Below, in pieces: positions 20,392 to 30,556 of a stretch of 64,000 nt of DNA; positions within the stretch are counted from its first letter, which is position 1; each line of letters begins with the position of its first letter. The stretch spans positions 960,001 to 1,024,000 of the forward strand of contig CAVSOU010000008.1 of NCBI GenBank assembly GCA_963729625.1. Reading direction: 5' to 3'. This DNA comes from an uncultured bacterium (GTDB lineage: Bacteria > Chloroflexota > UBA5177 > JANWHV01). The notes beneath the pieces were generated by a model. It worked only from the letters and a program-made list of their open reading frames with translations, did no database searches and had not been told where the DNA came from. The position numbers were made by a program, and so were the translations under genes.

Positions 20392-21147
20392 TTACTGCTC
20401 CTTCGGCGGCGCCGGCCAGCTACTGCTCTGATCTGAGCTCGCCCGCCCAGATCCGACGGAGCGCGGATGCAGCAGGTGCTCCATCTCATCCTGGCTGAGG
20501 GCGCCGCTCGGTCTGCCCATCCATGGCTGCATGGGGCCCGACGCTGAGCCGCCGGCATCCTCGGGCGGCCGTGGCCAGCCGGCCGTGCCTCCCCAAGACT
20601 GCGCGGAGCCGCTCGGCTGCCACGCATGTGCCTGCTGTAGCACCCACGCGTCGCCCGTGACGAGACGCGCGAAGCCAGCCACGGCGAGCACGATGGCCGC
20701 TGCCAGCATCAGCCACAGCCCGGCGCCTGCGCCGATCGACACGTAGCCGCGCAGCCACTGCAGCGCCGAGCTGCTACTCACCGCGGACACGGCGGCGATG
20801 TTGCGCGCGCTGACGGCGATCAGCACCGCCGCTGCCAGGATATCGCCGATGCCCTGGGCCTGGCGGACCTCGCTGCAACGTATGAGAGCCGCCAGCCCGA
20901 TCAGCGCCACGGCGCCGCCCAGTGCGGGGGCATACCAGCCGTCGAGGATCTGACCGTCGAAGCCGCTCCACGAGAAGCTGGTGGTGGTGGTATAGCCATT
21001 GGCGTCCTGGTAGCTGGTCTGCGCGGTGATCCAGGGCAGGAATGCGCAGATCGCCGCGATCACACCTGCCGCCAACGCCGTGATCGTCGGCAACAACGCT
21101 ACCTCCGTCTGGGTGGACGGGACATCGTACGCGCTGCGTGCCTCCAT
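20392..21147 (-). CDS. 4-TM membrane protein (FLPW...DGW...GAGLWL family)
   Basis: ATG 21147 with strong RBS, four hydrophobic segments; paralogs at 32010 and 33739. Confidence 0.75.
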   Translation of the reverse strand: MEARSAYDVPSTQTEVALLPTITALAAGVIAAICAFLPWITAQTSYQDANGYTTTTSFSWSGFDGQILDGWYAPALGGAVALIGLAALIRCSEVRQAQGIGDILAAAVLIAVSARNIAAVSAVSSSSALQWLRGYVSIGAGAGLWLMLAAAIVLAVAGFARLVTGDAWVLQQAHAWQPSGSAQSWGGTAGWPRPPEDAGGSASGPMQPWMGRPSGALSQDEMEHLLHPRSVGSGRASSDQSSSWPAPPKEQ

Positions 21148-21290
21148 TGTCTTTCCCCCTCCTCCCGCCGCGCGCGGCAGGCGCATCGCTACCGCCGGCT
21201 CGCCAGAGCCCCGGTCCATGCATGCGGCCAACCGACCCAGCTTGGGCAAAGTACGGCGTGTCCGCGCGCCGGGTCACTGATGACACGCCC

Positions 21291-21323
21291 ATCCTAGCAG
21301 CCGAACATTAGGCGGACATTAGG
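21291..21323 (-). promoter_or_regulatory. direct-repeat box plus extended -10 (#5)
   Basis: CCTAATG TCCG CCTAATG TTCGGCTGC TAGGAT. Confidence 0.85.
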
Positions 21324-21347
21324 CGTACCAAGATAGCCGCACTAGCC

Positions 21348-21380
21348 TCATATGCGCGCCGTACGGACCTCTGCTACACT
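21348..21380 (+). promoter_or_regulatory. variant box plus extended -10 upstream of the regulator
   Basis: TCATATG CGCG CCGTACG GACCTCTGC TACACT: same 7-4-7-9-6 geometry with degenerate heptamers. Confidence 0.45.
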
Positions 21381-21416
21381 GTCCCGCAGCAAGCCCGATG
21401 CGCCTGGAGGCGGGTA

Positions 21417-23894
21417 GTGTCGAGGGGTCAGGAGCCACGAGCACGTGTCCACGGGAAGCAACGCCGGGCCGATCCGGCGCGCGGATCCGGTCGCGACACA
21501 TCGAAGCTTGCCGTGGGCGCGGATCCGATTTCCGCGCAGCATGCCCTGCCCGTGCTCCACGTGCGGACGCTCGGCGGGTTTTCGCTACTGCGTGGTGAAG
21601 AGTCGCTCATAACCGAGGCGTGGCGCGGTGATCGGCTCTGGCCGCTCTTCACCGGCCTGCTCAGTGCAAGCAACCACCGGCTCAGCCGGGACCAGGCAAT
21701 CGAGCTTCTCTGGCCGGATAAGGAGCTGGCGGACCCGGCGAACAGCCTGCGCGAAGTACTGAGCAAGCTTCGTCGGCTGCTGGCCGGCGGCTCCTCGGCG
21801 CCAACTCAGGCCTATGTGCGGAGCGACGGTGCATTCCTGGTCCTGGTGTCCGGTGCGGTGCTGATCGATGCCGATATGTTTCTTGCGGAGGCGCAAAGGG
21901 CATCGGCTACCCGGGACCTGACGGCATGCCAGACAGCGATCGATCTGTATGCCGGCGAGTACCTGCCGCAGGGGACAGTCGAACCGCTCTCCCGGCACGC
22001 CGCACTCGTGCGCGGACGTCGGAGTGCCTTGCGCCATGCCGCGAGCGACGTGCTCGCCCTGGCCGCCGAGCTCTGCGATGGAACGGACCTACGTCGTGCC
22101 GCCGCGTATTTGCAACGTGCATTCGGGCTGAATCCCAGCGCCGAGGAGAAGGCGCGCCGGCTCATGACCACGTATGCGCGCATTGGCGAGCTCGCGGCCG
22201 CGCAGGAGGTGTTCGGCACGCTGACACGCACGCTCGCGCACCAGGGCGTGCCGCCGAGCCTGGAGACAACCCGGCTGCGCGACTCGCTGCTGGAAAAAAG
22301 CGCACCTCGCGGCACCTTGCCCCAGGAGGGCCAGGCCCCGGCAGGCTTGCTCACCTGCCTGGTCGTGCTCGGAGACGGAGCGACTCCCGCCCCTGTGGAA
22401 GCCGTCGTAGCTGCGCACCACGGGAGCAGCGCCGATGCGGACCCCACGGATCGGTGCTGGCGCTTCAGCTTCTCCGATCCACATGAGGCCCTCGCCGCCG
22501 CCTTGACGCTCACCTCGCCCCCGCCCTCCGCTGCCATTCCCCGTGGCATGCGCGCCGCTGTCCATACCGGGCAAACCGGATATCGGCCTGAGCACGATGC
22601 GGGCTTCGCGCTGGCCAAGATGCTTGCCGAGATTGCACACGCCGGACAGGCATTGGTGTCGCACGTGACGTATGCGGTCGCAGGCGCCTCGCTGCCGGCA
22701 CACATGGCACTGCCCAGGCTTGATTCCTATGAGCTGCCCTACAGCTCGGAGCCGGTTGCCGTCTACCAGCTCAGCAAAGCGAACTCGGTCGTCACCTACC
22801 CGCCGCTGCGAGCACGTCGTCACCGGCCGCATAATCTGCCGGCTCCGATCACGGCCTACGTGGCGCGGCCGCGACTTCAGGCAAGGCTCGGCGCGCTGAT
22901 CGCTCCCGCCGCGGGACGCAGCACCCGACTGTTAACGCTGACCGGCGTGGGCGGCGGCGGCAAGACGCGCCTGGCAGTGGAGCTGGCGCGTGACCTGCTG
23001 CCGCGGTTTCCCGACGGCGTCTGGCTGGTCGAGCTCGCCTCGCTGTCCGAGCCGCGCGATGTGCCGGCACAGATCGCGCGCGTGCTCGGCCTGCGTGAGG
23101 AGCGCGGCGTTCCGATAATGGATTCCGTTGCCGCCTATCTGCGCGCCCGCGAGCAGCCCTTGCTGCTGGTGCTCGACAACTGCGAGCATCTGGTGGACGC
23201 ATGCGCTCAAGCCACGGCGGTGTTGCTCCAGGCCGGCGAGCTGGTCCACGTGCTGGCCACCAGTCGCGAACGGCTGCGCATGCAAGGTGAGCGCGCCGAA
23301 GAGGTGCCGCTTCTGTCGACGCCAATCCCGCGCGACGGCGGCTTTCCGCTCGCGGATATCGGCGGGGCGGAGTCCGTCCGGCTATTCTGCACGCGCTCCA
23401 CGGAAAGCGTGCCCGACTTTGCGCTGTCCGCCGCGAACGCGCAGGCTACTGCCCGCATCTGTGCACGGCTCGATGGGATCCCGCTGGCTATCGAGCTCGC
23501 GGCGGCGCAGCTTGTCCGCCTGCCCCTCACGGAGATTGTGGATGGCCTTGACCGCTCCATCGGGCTGTTGGCCGGCGGCAATACCGGCGCCTTGCCCCGG
23601 CACCAGACGCTTCACGCGGCGATCGACTGGAGCTATCGGCTGCTCAGTGCGGACGCGCAAACCTTATTCCGGAGACTCGCGGTCTTCGCCGGAGGCTGGA
23701 CGGCCCCCGCCGCTCAGGAAGTGTGCGGACTGAGAGGCCTCCATCCGGACGACGTCGGGCCGCTACTGCAGGAGCTCCTCCTGGCGTCGCTCGCGATCCG
23801 CTACAAGGCCGGTGACCAGCATCGCTACCGTATGCTCGAGCCCGTGCGACAATATGCCCTGGGTCAGCTCCATGGTCAGCTCGACACCGCTTGA
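21417..23894 (+). CDS. AfsR/SARP-like regulator: wHTH, BTAD, degenerate class III cyclase-like, NB-ARC/STAND ATPase; C-terminal TPR region missing
   Basis: LHVRTLGGF, LSRDQAIELLWPD, IDLYAGEYL, EEKARRLM (BTAD); RAAVHTG (cyclase-like); HNLPAPIT, LTGVGGGGKTRLA (Walker A), LLLVLDNCEHL, LDGIPLAIELAAA, RHQTLHAAIDWSY. Start codon uncertain. Confidence 0.9.
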   Translation: MSRGQEPRARVHGKQRRADPARGSGRDTSKLAVGADPISAQHALPVLHVRTLGGFSLLRGEESLITEAWRGDRLWPLFTGLLSASNHRLSRDQAIELLWPDKELADPANSLREVLSKLRRLLAGGSSAPTQAYVRSDGAFLVLVSGAVLIDADMFLAEAQRASATRDLTACQTAIDLYAGEYLPQGTVEPLSRHAALVRGRRSALRHAASDVLALAAELCDGTDLRRAAAYLQRAFGLNPSAEEKARRLMTTYARIGELAAAQEVFGTLTRTLAHQGVPPSLETTRLRDSLLEKSAPRGTLPQEGQAPAGLLTCLVVLGDGATPAPVEAVVAAHHGSSADADPTDRCWRFSFSDPHEALAAALTLTSPPPSAAIPRGMRAAVHTGQTGYRPEHDAGFALAKMLAEIAHAGQALVSHVTYAVAGASLPAHMALPRLDSYELPYSSEPVAVYQLSKANSVVTYPPLRARRHRPHNLPAPITAYVARPRLQARLGALIAPAAGRSTRLLTLTGVGGGGKTRLAVELARDLLPRFPDGVWLVELASLSEPRDVPAQIARVLGLREERGVPIMDSVAAYLRAREQPLLLVLDNCEHLVDACAQATAVLLQAGELVHVLATSRERLRMQGERAEEVPLLSTPIPRDGGFPLADIGGAESVRLFCTRSTESVPDFALSAANAQATARICARLDGIPLAIELAAAQLVRLPLTEIVDGLDRSIGLLAGGNTGALPRHQTLHAAIDWSYRLLSADAQTLFRRLAVFAGGWTAPAAQEVCGLRGLHPDDVGPLLQELLLASLAIRYKAGDQHRYRMLEPVRQYALGQLHGQLDTA

Positions 23895-24049
23895 TGCCCA
23901 CGAGTTGCATGCGCCCAGTGGCGCCTACGATCGGCTCTCCGGAAGACGCGAAGAAAGGAGCGCACGCAAGACCGGCCGTGTTCCATAGCGCGCTGGCGGC
24001 GACCATGCGCGAGCGGGTCGCAAATGAGCAGAGGTTCGGGTGGTACGGC

Positions 24050-24190
24050 GTGAGCAGTGAAGCGCGACAGGTGCACGTGGCGCACCGCGACTACTACCTC
24101 CGGCCCGCCGAGGAGGCCCTCGCGGCGAGGCAAAGCGAGCTGCAGGAGCAATGGCTGGCACCGCTCGCGGCAGAAGACGGCATCATGAAG
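24050..24190 (+). pseudogene. detached remnant of the regulator's post-ATPase helices
   Basis: EARQVHVAHRDYYLRPAEEA...QEQWLAPLAAEDG resembles the H..YYL.LAE.A...Q..WL..L..E.dN segment that normally follows RQYA in this family. Confidence 0.55.
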
Positions 24191-24213
24191 GACGTGCCGG
24201 CCTGTGGGTTCCG

Positions 24214-24246
24214 CCTAACGCCCACCTAACGTCCCGCTGCTATAAT
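24214..24246 (+). promoter_or_regulatory. direct-repeat box plus perfect extended -10 (#6)
   Basis: CCTAACG CCCA CCTAACG TCCCGCTGC TATAAT, upstream of the kinase. Confidence 0.9.
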
Positions 24247-24335
24247 TGGGCTGTCTCATGGGGCATAATACCCTGTCCAGCACTCCTGCGCGAGTTTGCG
24301 ACTTGCGGCCGGGCCGCGGGACTGGAGCCTGATCG

Positions 24336-26780
24336 GTGAGCCTGCCTACTGGCACCATGGTAAGCGGCTACCGCATCCTCTACGAGGCTGGGCGGGGCGG
24401 CATGGCCGTGGTCTACCGTGCTCGGCAGGAGAACCTCGGCCGCGATGTGGCTCTCAAGATGCTGTCGAGCACACTGGCCTTCGACCCTGGCTTCCTAGCC
24501 CGCTTTCATCAAGAGGCCCATTCAGTGGCCAGCCTACAGCACCCTGCCATTCTGGTCATCCATGACGTAGGGGCCTTCCAAGAGCAGCCGTACCTGGTGA
24601 CCGAGTTCATCGAGGGCGGCACACTGGTGAAGTACCTTGGAACGCCGCAGCCCCTCGGAACGGTTGTCCAGCTTCTGGGTCCCATCGCCTCAGCCCTCGA
24701 CCACGCCCACGCGAGGGGAATCCTGCATCGCGACGTCAAGCCCGCGAACATCCTGCTTCGCCAGGACGGCGGCCCGGTGCTGGCAGACTTTGGCCTGGCG
24801 GTGGCGGCTGAAGCCAATCGGCGCCTGACCCGTACCGGACTTACCATGGGCACACCCGAGTACATGGCGCCCGAGCAGGCGACGCAGCCCTCGAGTAGTC
24901 TCACACCCGCCGTTGACCGCTACTCCCTTGCCGTGATCGCTTATGAACTGCTCACCGGACGAGTGCCGTTCGAAGGGCCGACGCCGGTAGCAGTGGTCAT
25001 GGCGCAGGTCACCCAGGCGCCTCCCCCGCCGCGTGCCCTTAACCCTGCGCTCGCGCTCGGCTTGGATGCCGTTCTGCTCAGTGGTTTGGCCAAGGAGCCG
25101 GATCACCGTTACCCCAGCGCCACGGCCTATATCCAGGCCCTCGTTGCGACTGCTAACGCCGATGCACCGGAGGCTATGAATGCAGCCCTCCCACCCACGG
25201 TCGCCGTCGCCGCAAACGCGATCCCTCGAGCCGCCGGTGCCATGGCGGGCCCGCCCGCGCCAGCCGGAGCTGCGATCGTCAGCGCGCTGCGGGCGCCGGG
25301 GTCGGGGCCGGCCGACCCAATCCTCATCAACTGGCAGCCGACGCAGGTGGCCGGACGGCTGCCGCGACGGCACAGGCGCGTGTACGCTCTGATGGCAGCG
25401 ATTTTCGTGGCCACACTGGCCGTTGCGGTGGCTGGTGTGTTCGCCTGGCACGGCGGCATTCGCCTGGCCGGCAACACACCTGCGTCGGTAACGCGAAGTG
25501 CGAGACCGCCCACATCCACTGGCCAGACGACGCGGATCGCAATCGTAGTTCCGGCTGGGTCCGGTACGGCCAGCCCTGGGCCGACGGATGTTCCCACCGC
25601 GTCCGCGAGGCCCTTGCCATCGACAACTCTTCTGGCACAGCCATTGTGGGTGGCGGCATTGTCCCCGGGTGAGATCACGACTGTCGCAGGCAACAGCCGA
25701 ACGCGAATCGACAGCAACGGTGTCGATGTGGGTACGTACACGGGCAATGGTGGCCTCGCCAAGGATGCCGGTTTTTCTCGCCCGTTCAGCGTGGCCGTTG
25801 ACGCCCTGGGTAATCTCATTGTCGCTGACACTTTCAACAATCGCATTCGGAAGATCGCGTTGGACTCGGGCATCGTCACTAACATCGCCGACAATGGCGA
25901 CTACCATTTCAGTGGTGACGGCGGGCTAGCTATAGATGCGGGGATAAGTCCCAACGACGTAGCACTCGATCAGTTAGGAAACCTGTATATCGCAGACGCC
26001 GCCAATCATCGTGTGCGGAAGGTGAGCGCAAGCACCGGCATCGTCACTACCGTTGCCGGTACGGGCACGTACGGCGACAGCGGTGACGGGGGCCTAGCCA
26101 CGCAGGCGGAGATCAGCTTTCCCAATTACGTGGCTTTCGACAATGAAGGGAACATCTACTTCGTTGATTTCGGTGCGGAGCGCGTGCGGAAGATAGACGT
26201 GAATACCGGCTACATCTCCACGGTTGCCGGCGACGGCGTTGTTCGGAAGGATACCTACGGAATCTGGATCGGCAGCTACAGCGGCGACGGCGGCCCGGCC
26301 TAGGAGGCGGGACTCAATCGCCCAAGCGGTGTGGCTGTTGACCAAGCAGGGAATATCTATATCGCGGATCGCGACAACAATCGCATCCGTATGGTCCAGG
26401 CAGCAACGGGGGCTATTTCGACGGTAGCTGGCACCGGGGTCGCAGGCTTCAGTGGCGACGGTGGCCCGGCGGCGGCAGCCGAACTGTCGCAGCCAAGCTG
26501 TGTGATACTCGACACGCGCGGCGATCTCTACATATCGGACACAGGTAATCAGCGGGTCCGCATGGTGGATGCAGCAACCGGCGCAATCACGACGATCGCC
26601 GGTGCCAGGCCGATCGACAGTAGTGGCGACGGCGGATATGGCGGCGATTATGGTGCCGCCACCGACGCGCAGTTGAATCAACCTCTCGGCCTTGCGATGG
26701 ATCGGATGGGGAATCTCTACATAGCAGACAGTCTCAACAACCGAGTGCGCGTGGTGCGCGGAGTAGCGTCGGCCAACTGA
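24336..26780 (+). CDS. Hanks-type Ser/Thr protein kinase, TM, extracellular NHL propeller (in-frame TAG at 26301-26303)
   Basis: GRGGMAVVY, VALK, HRDVKPANIL, DFG, GTPEYMAPE, a TM helix, then NHL repeats continuing in the same frame past the TAG (GPA*EAGLNRPSGVAVD). Confidence 0.9.
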
Positions 26781-26972
26781 CTTTGTTCAGCCCCGGCAAG
26801 TGCCCGCGAAGCTATCGGCCGGGCGGCGCGACCGCCTGTGTCCGCGGATCGGATCGGCGAACGGTGCTGTAAGCGGCCAACTCGCGGGGCCGGCTAGGGC
26901 AGGTGGCTTGATAGTAAATATGGCCGCATCAGTAGTTACCGTGGTTGGCCCCGTGGCCCGGTCCGGCTCACT

Positions 26973-29420
26973 ATGACCGGCCCAATCCTCTGCCCCCAGT
27001 GCGGCACGCCGGTTGCTGCCGCGTCTTGCTTCTGCGGCTCGTGCGGCTGCCGCATTGCAAGGCCAGCCGCGTCGACAGCGGGTTTTCACCGCGCCCTCTC
27101 GCCCATCGATGTGCCGCAGCTCGTGGTGAGACAACCGGGCAAACAAGAGGTTGCATTTCCGCTCGTCAGCCAAAGCATGCGGCTCGGGCGGGCGGACGAT
27201 TGCGATATCCGCGTTGCCTCCCCGGGCGTCTCGCGCCTACACGCACTTATCTTCCAGCGGCAGGGCCAGTACGTACTCGTGGATCAGGGCAGCGTGAACG
27301 GCATCTACGTGGGCGGCGCGCGCGTCAAGGAGGCCGTGCTCCACCAGGGCGACCGGGTGCGTATCCCCGATCCGGTAGGTGATGCGATTGTGTTGACGTT
27401 CGAGGCGCCCGTGCCCCCAGGTGCGTTGGCAGTCGCGGCCAGCGGCCCACTCGGGTTTGATCTCGATCCCGCCAGGCCGCGGTTCACTATCGGCCGCGAT
27501 CCCGGTAGCGACTTGGTCATTGACCAGCCGTTGGTGTCACGCCGCCACGCACGGTTCGAGCGGGAAGGCCTGCAGCTCACGCTATACGATCTTGGCAGCA
27601 CCAACGGCACCTACGTGAACGGCAATTGCATCCCTGGCCACGCACAGATCGCGCCGGGCGACGAAATCCGGATCGGGCCGGCGTCGTTCATCTTCGACGG
27701 CCGGCGCCTCGTGCCGTCCACCCAGCAGCAGGGCGTGCGCCTGGACGCACTCAATCTCGTGCGCCGTGTCGGGACAAACCACTCGGATGTAATCCTGAAC
27801 AACGTGTCCCTCAGCATCCTGCCACGGGAGTTCGTAGCCCTCATCGGGGGCAGCGGCGCGGGGAAAACCACGCTCATGTACGCACTCTCCGGCGCCCATC
27901 CTGCCCAGCAAGGTACGATGCTGTATAACGGCCAGGACTTCTACCGCCAGCCGGGTCCCTACAGCGGCGCCATAGGATACGTCCCGCAAGATGACATTCT
28001 GCACCGCGATCTCCCGGTGGAACGGGCCCTCGAGTTCGCGGCGGAGCTACGTTTGCCCCACGATACGACACGCGCCGAACGCGAGCGGCGTGTCACAGAC
28101 GTCTTGCGCGACGTAGAAATGGAGGCGCACCGGTATAAGCGCATTTGCGAGCTGAGCGGTGGCCAGCGCAAGCGCGTAAGCATCGCGCTCGAGCTACTGG
28201 CCAATCCAAAGGTGCTGTTCCTGGATGAGCCGACCTCGGGTCTGGACCCTGGGCTGGACAAGGCGATCATGACACAGCTCCAGCTCCTGAGCGATCGAGG
28301 GCGCACAGTGGTCCTGGTAACCCACGCGACCGAGAACATCCAGATGTGCGATCTGGTAGCGATCATGGCCGGCGGCCGGCTGGTGTACTACGGTCCGCCC
28401 GCCGATGCGCCAGCCTTCTTCGGGGTAGGAACCTACCCCGACGCGTACCGGTACTGCGCACAGCACGCCAGCTCAATCGCGGCTATCGAGGCTGCATTCA
28501 GCCAGTCGAAGTACTTCAGGATGTACGTCGAGGACCGGTTGAAGCAACGGCGGCCGGGGCCGGTTCATGCAGCGGGAGCGCTGCCAGGAAGGGCAAGCCA
28601 GAAACGTGCTGGTGGCCTGCGCCAGTGGAAGATTCTCGGTCGCCGCTACAGCGAGATTCTCCTGCGTGACCGACTAAATCTGGCGCTTCTGCTCGGGCAG
28701 GCTCCGGTAATTGGCGTGCTCCTGCTGCTGGTCGCCGACGGCGATAGCTTTACCCTGGACAACGTCGGCTCGTCCCAGCAGATCCTGCTCATGCTTACGC
28801 TGGCGGCGATATGGTTTGGCACGATCAACGCAGCGCGCGAGATCGTCAAGGAGCGCCCGATTTACCAGCGCGAGCGCATGGTGAACCTGCGCCTCTGGCC
28901 GTACATCCTCTCCAAGTTCGGCATACTCGCCGTGCTCTCGCTGGTCCAGTCGCTCGTTCTGCTGGCACTGGTGGCGCTCAAGGCCAGCCACATCCTGGAC
29001 ACCAGCATTCTGCTGCCGGCATTCCCCGAGATATGGCTCACGCTGCTGCTGACGTCGATGGCAGGTCTCGCCTCCGGCTTGCTGATCTCGAGTCTGGTCA
29101 CATCCGCGGACAGGGCGATGAGTCTGATCCCGGTCGTGCTGCTGGCCCAGGCTATCTTCTGTGGTGGGATCTTTGCGCTGCATGGCGCCATCACCTGCGT
29201 GTCGTACCTTTTCTTCAGCCGCTGGTGCCTAGCCGCACTCGGGTCCACCGTGCACATGAACGACTTGGTTCGCGCGCCGTTGCCCGACTGGCCGAAGGAA
29301 ATGTATGCCTCACCCGACTCCATACACCTTATTGCCTACTGGCTCGTGCTCACCGGGTTCATAGTGGTATTTCTGATGGGAACGCGAGTGTCATTGCGCC
29401 GGCAGGACGCGAGGGGCTAA
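26973..29420 (+). CDS. zinc-ribbon, 2x FHA, ABCG-type transporter (Rv1747-like)
   Basis: GR...VSR.HA...S.NG FHA motifs twice; GGSGAGKTT, LSGGQRKR, FLDEPTSGLD; REIVKERPIYQRER ABC2 membrane domain. Confidence 0.92.
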   Translation: MTGPILCPQCGTPVAAASCFCGSCGCRIARPAASTAGFHRALSPIDVPQLVVRQPGKQEVAFPLVSQSMRLGRADDCDIRVASPGVSRLHALIFQRQGQYVLVDQGSVNGIYVGGARVKEAVLHQGDRVRIPDPVGDAIVLTFEAPVPPGALAVAASGPLGFDLDPARPRFTIGRDPGSDLVIDQPLVSRRHARFEREGLQLTLYDLGSTNGTYVNGNCIPGHAQIAPGDEIRIGPASFIFDGRRLVPSTQQQGVRLDALNLVRRVGTNHSDVILNNVSLSILPREFVALIGGSGAGKTTLMYALSGAHPAQQGTMLYNGQDFYRQPGPYSGAIGYVPQDDILHRDLPVERALEFAAELRLPHDTTRAERERRVTDVLRDVEMEAHRYKRICELSGGQRKRVSIALELLANPKVLFLDEPTSGLDPGLDKAIMTQLQLLSDRGRTVVLVTHATENIQMCDLVAIMAGGRLVYYGPPADAPAFFGVGTYPDAYRYCAQHASSIAAIEAAFSQSKYFRMYVEDRLKQRRPGPVHAAGALPGRASQKRAGGLRQWKILGRRYSEILLRDRLNLALLLGQAPVIGVLLLLVADGDSFTLDNVGSSQQILLMLTLAAIWFGTINAAREIVKERPIYQRERMVNLRLWPYILSKFGILAVLSLVQSLVLLALVALKASHILDTSILLPAFPEIWLTLLLTSMAGLASGLLISSLVTSADRAMSLIPVVLLAQAIFCGGIFALHGAITCVSYLFFSRWCLAALGSTVHMNDLVRAPLPDWPKEMYASPDSIHLIAYWLVLTGFIVVFLMGTRVSLRRQDARG

Positions 29421-29922
29421 CGCGGAGTGCCACGAAACCTAGTAGAGCTGGTGCGACCGGCACTGATCACGATCACCGGTAGAAGGGACGCTCGTCATCG
29501 ATGGCGCGCCCGCCATTCGCGTAACGGAGGTTGCCCACCAGGGAACCCGTGATTTATCCCCGAAGCGATAGCGATGTTGATAGCCGCCCAAGGGTGCACC
29601 AGCGAGTGTGACACTGCGGAATTGACGTTGAGCCAGTTCTCGCCGATATCAATACCAGCGCGATGTGCGATATGATGCGGCTTGGGCGCCGGAGTTAGCG
29701 AGCCGCGCACGACCTCCACGCGGACACAATCGGGTGATCGGCGCAGGTGGAGCGATGGACCGCTCTCAGGTTCGCGAGGCGGTCACGCGCAACGCGCCAT
29801 AGCTGGCCGTCGATATCCGTGGCCGGAAGTGTGGCGCCTGGCCATGGCGGAAGACGCGCCCGGTGCGTTCGGTACCGGTGTCTGTGGCCTCCCAATGCGG
29901 TCGCGTTCACACCAAAATCCGT

Positions 29923-30210
29923 TCAGTGGAACGACTCCGGCCACTGACGTCTTGCGTGGGTGGCGGCGAGGAGTTGTCCCGCGCTCATGCGACAGCGATA
30001 GGGCACGATATACGGGGTATGCGGTACGACAAGCTCGCGCGTACCGTCCACGCGTCCCGGCCGCCCCAGCGCCGGTTGCTCGAGCAGCAGCGCGGTGGCT
30101 GCGAAGATGCGCTTATACGCTCGCTCCGCGGCGTCGGGATCGTCACGCGCGATGTATGCGACAATCTCTGCCAGATCCGCTCGCGCTTGCGGCATCCAGC
30201 GAAGACGCAC
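29923..30210 (-). CDS. RelE/ParE family toxin
   Basis: LRW..QARADLAEIVAYIARDDPDAA...LGRPGRVDGTRELVV..TPYIVPY. Confidence 0.85.
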   Translation of the reverse strand: MRLRWMPQARADLAEIVAYIARDDPDAAERAYKRIFAATALLLEQPALGRPGRVDGTRELVVPHTPYIVPYRCRMSAGQLLAATHARRQWPESFH

Positions 30211-30492
30211 TTAGGCCTGCGCCTCGGTGCCGATGCTGCCGGGTCGGGCGCGCGCGTCGGTCACGATTTGCCGCATCTCCGCTTCGATCTCGTCCTGCTC
30301 ATAGCCCAAGCCGGCGTCACCTTCGGCCAGTCCCTGGCGGATCTTGGCTACTTGCCAGCGCTCTTCTGCCAGGTAACGCCGCACAGCTTCTGCTACGCGG
30401 TGATTGCGGCCACGTCCTGTAGCGGCAGCGAGTTCATCGAGTTGTGCCTTATACTCTTCCGCCATGCGGACCGCGATGTTTGTCGTTGCCAT
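30211..30492 (-). CDS. CopG/RHH antitoxin
   Basis: IAVRM....AQLDELAAATGR.RN..VAEAVRRYL..E.WQVAKIRQGLAE; directly upstream of the toxin. Confidence 0.85.
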   Translation of the reverse strand: MATTNIAVRMAEEYKAQLDELAAATGRGRNHRVAEAVRRYLAEERWQVAKIRQGLAEGDAGLGYEQDEIEAEMRQIVTDARARPGSIGTEAQA

Positions 30493-30556
30493 CGGGTAGT
30501 CTGCTCCTCACAGAAAGTGAGACAGGTGTAGAGATCTGTGGACATGTCGTCCACAA

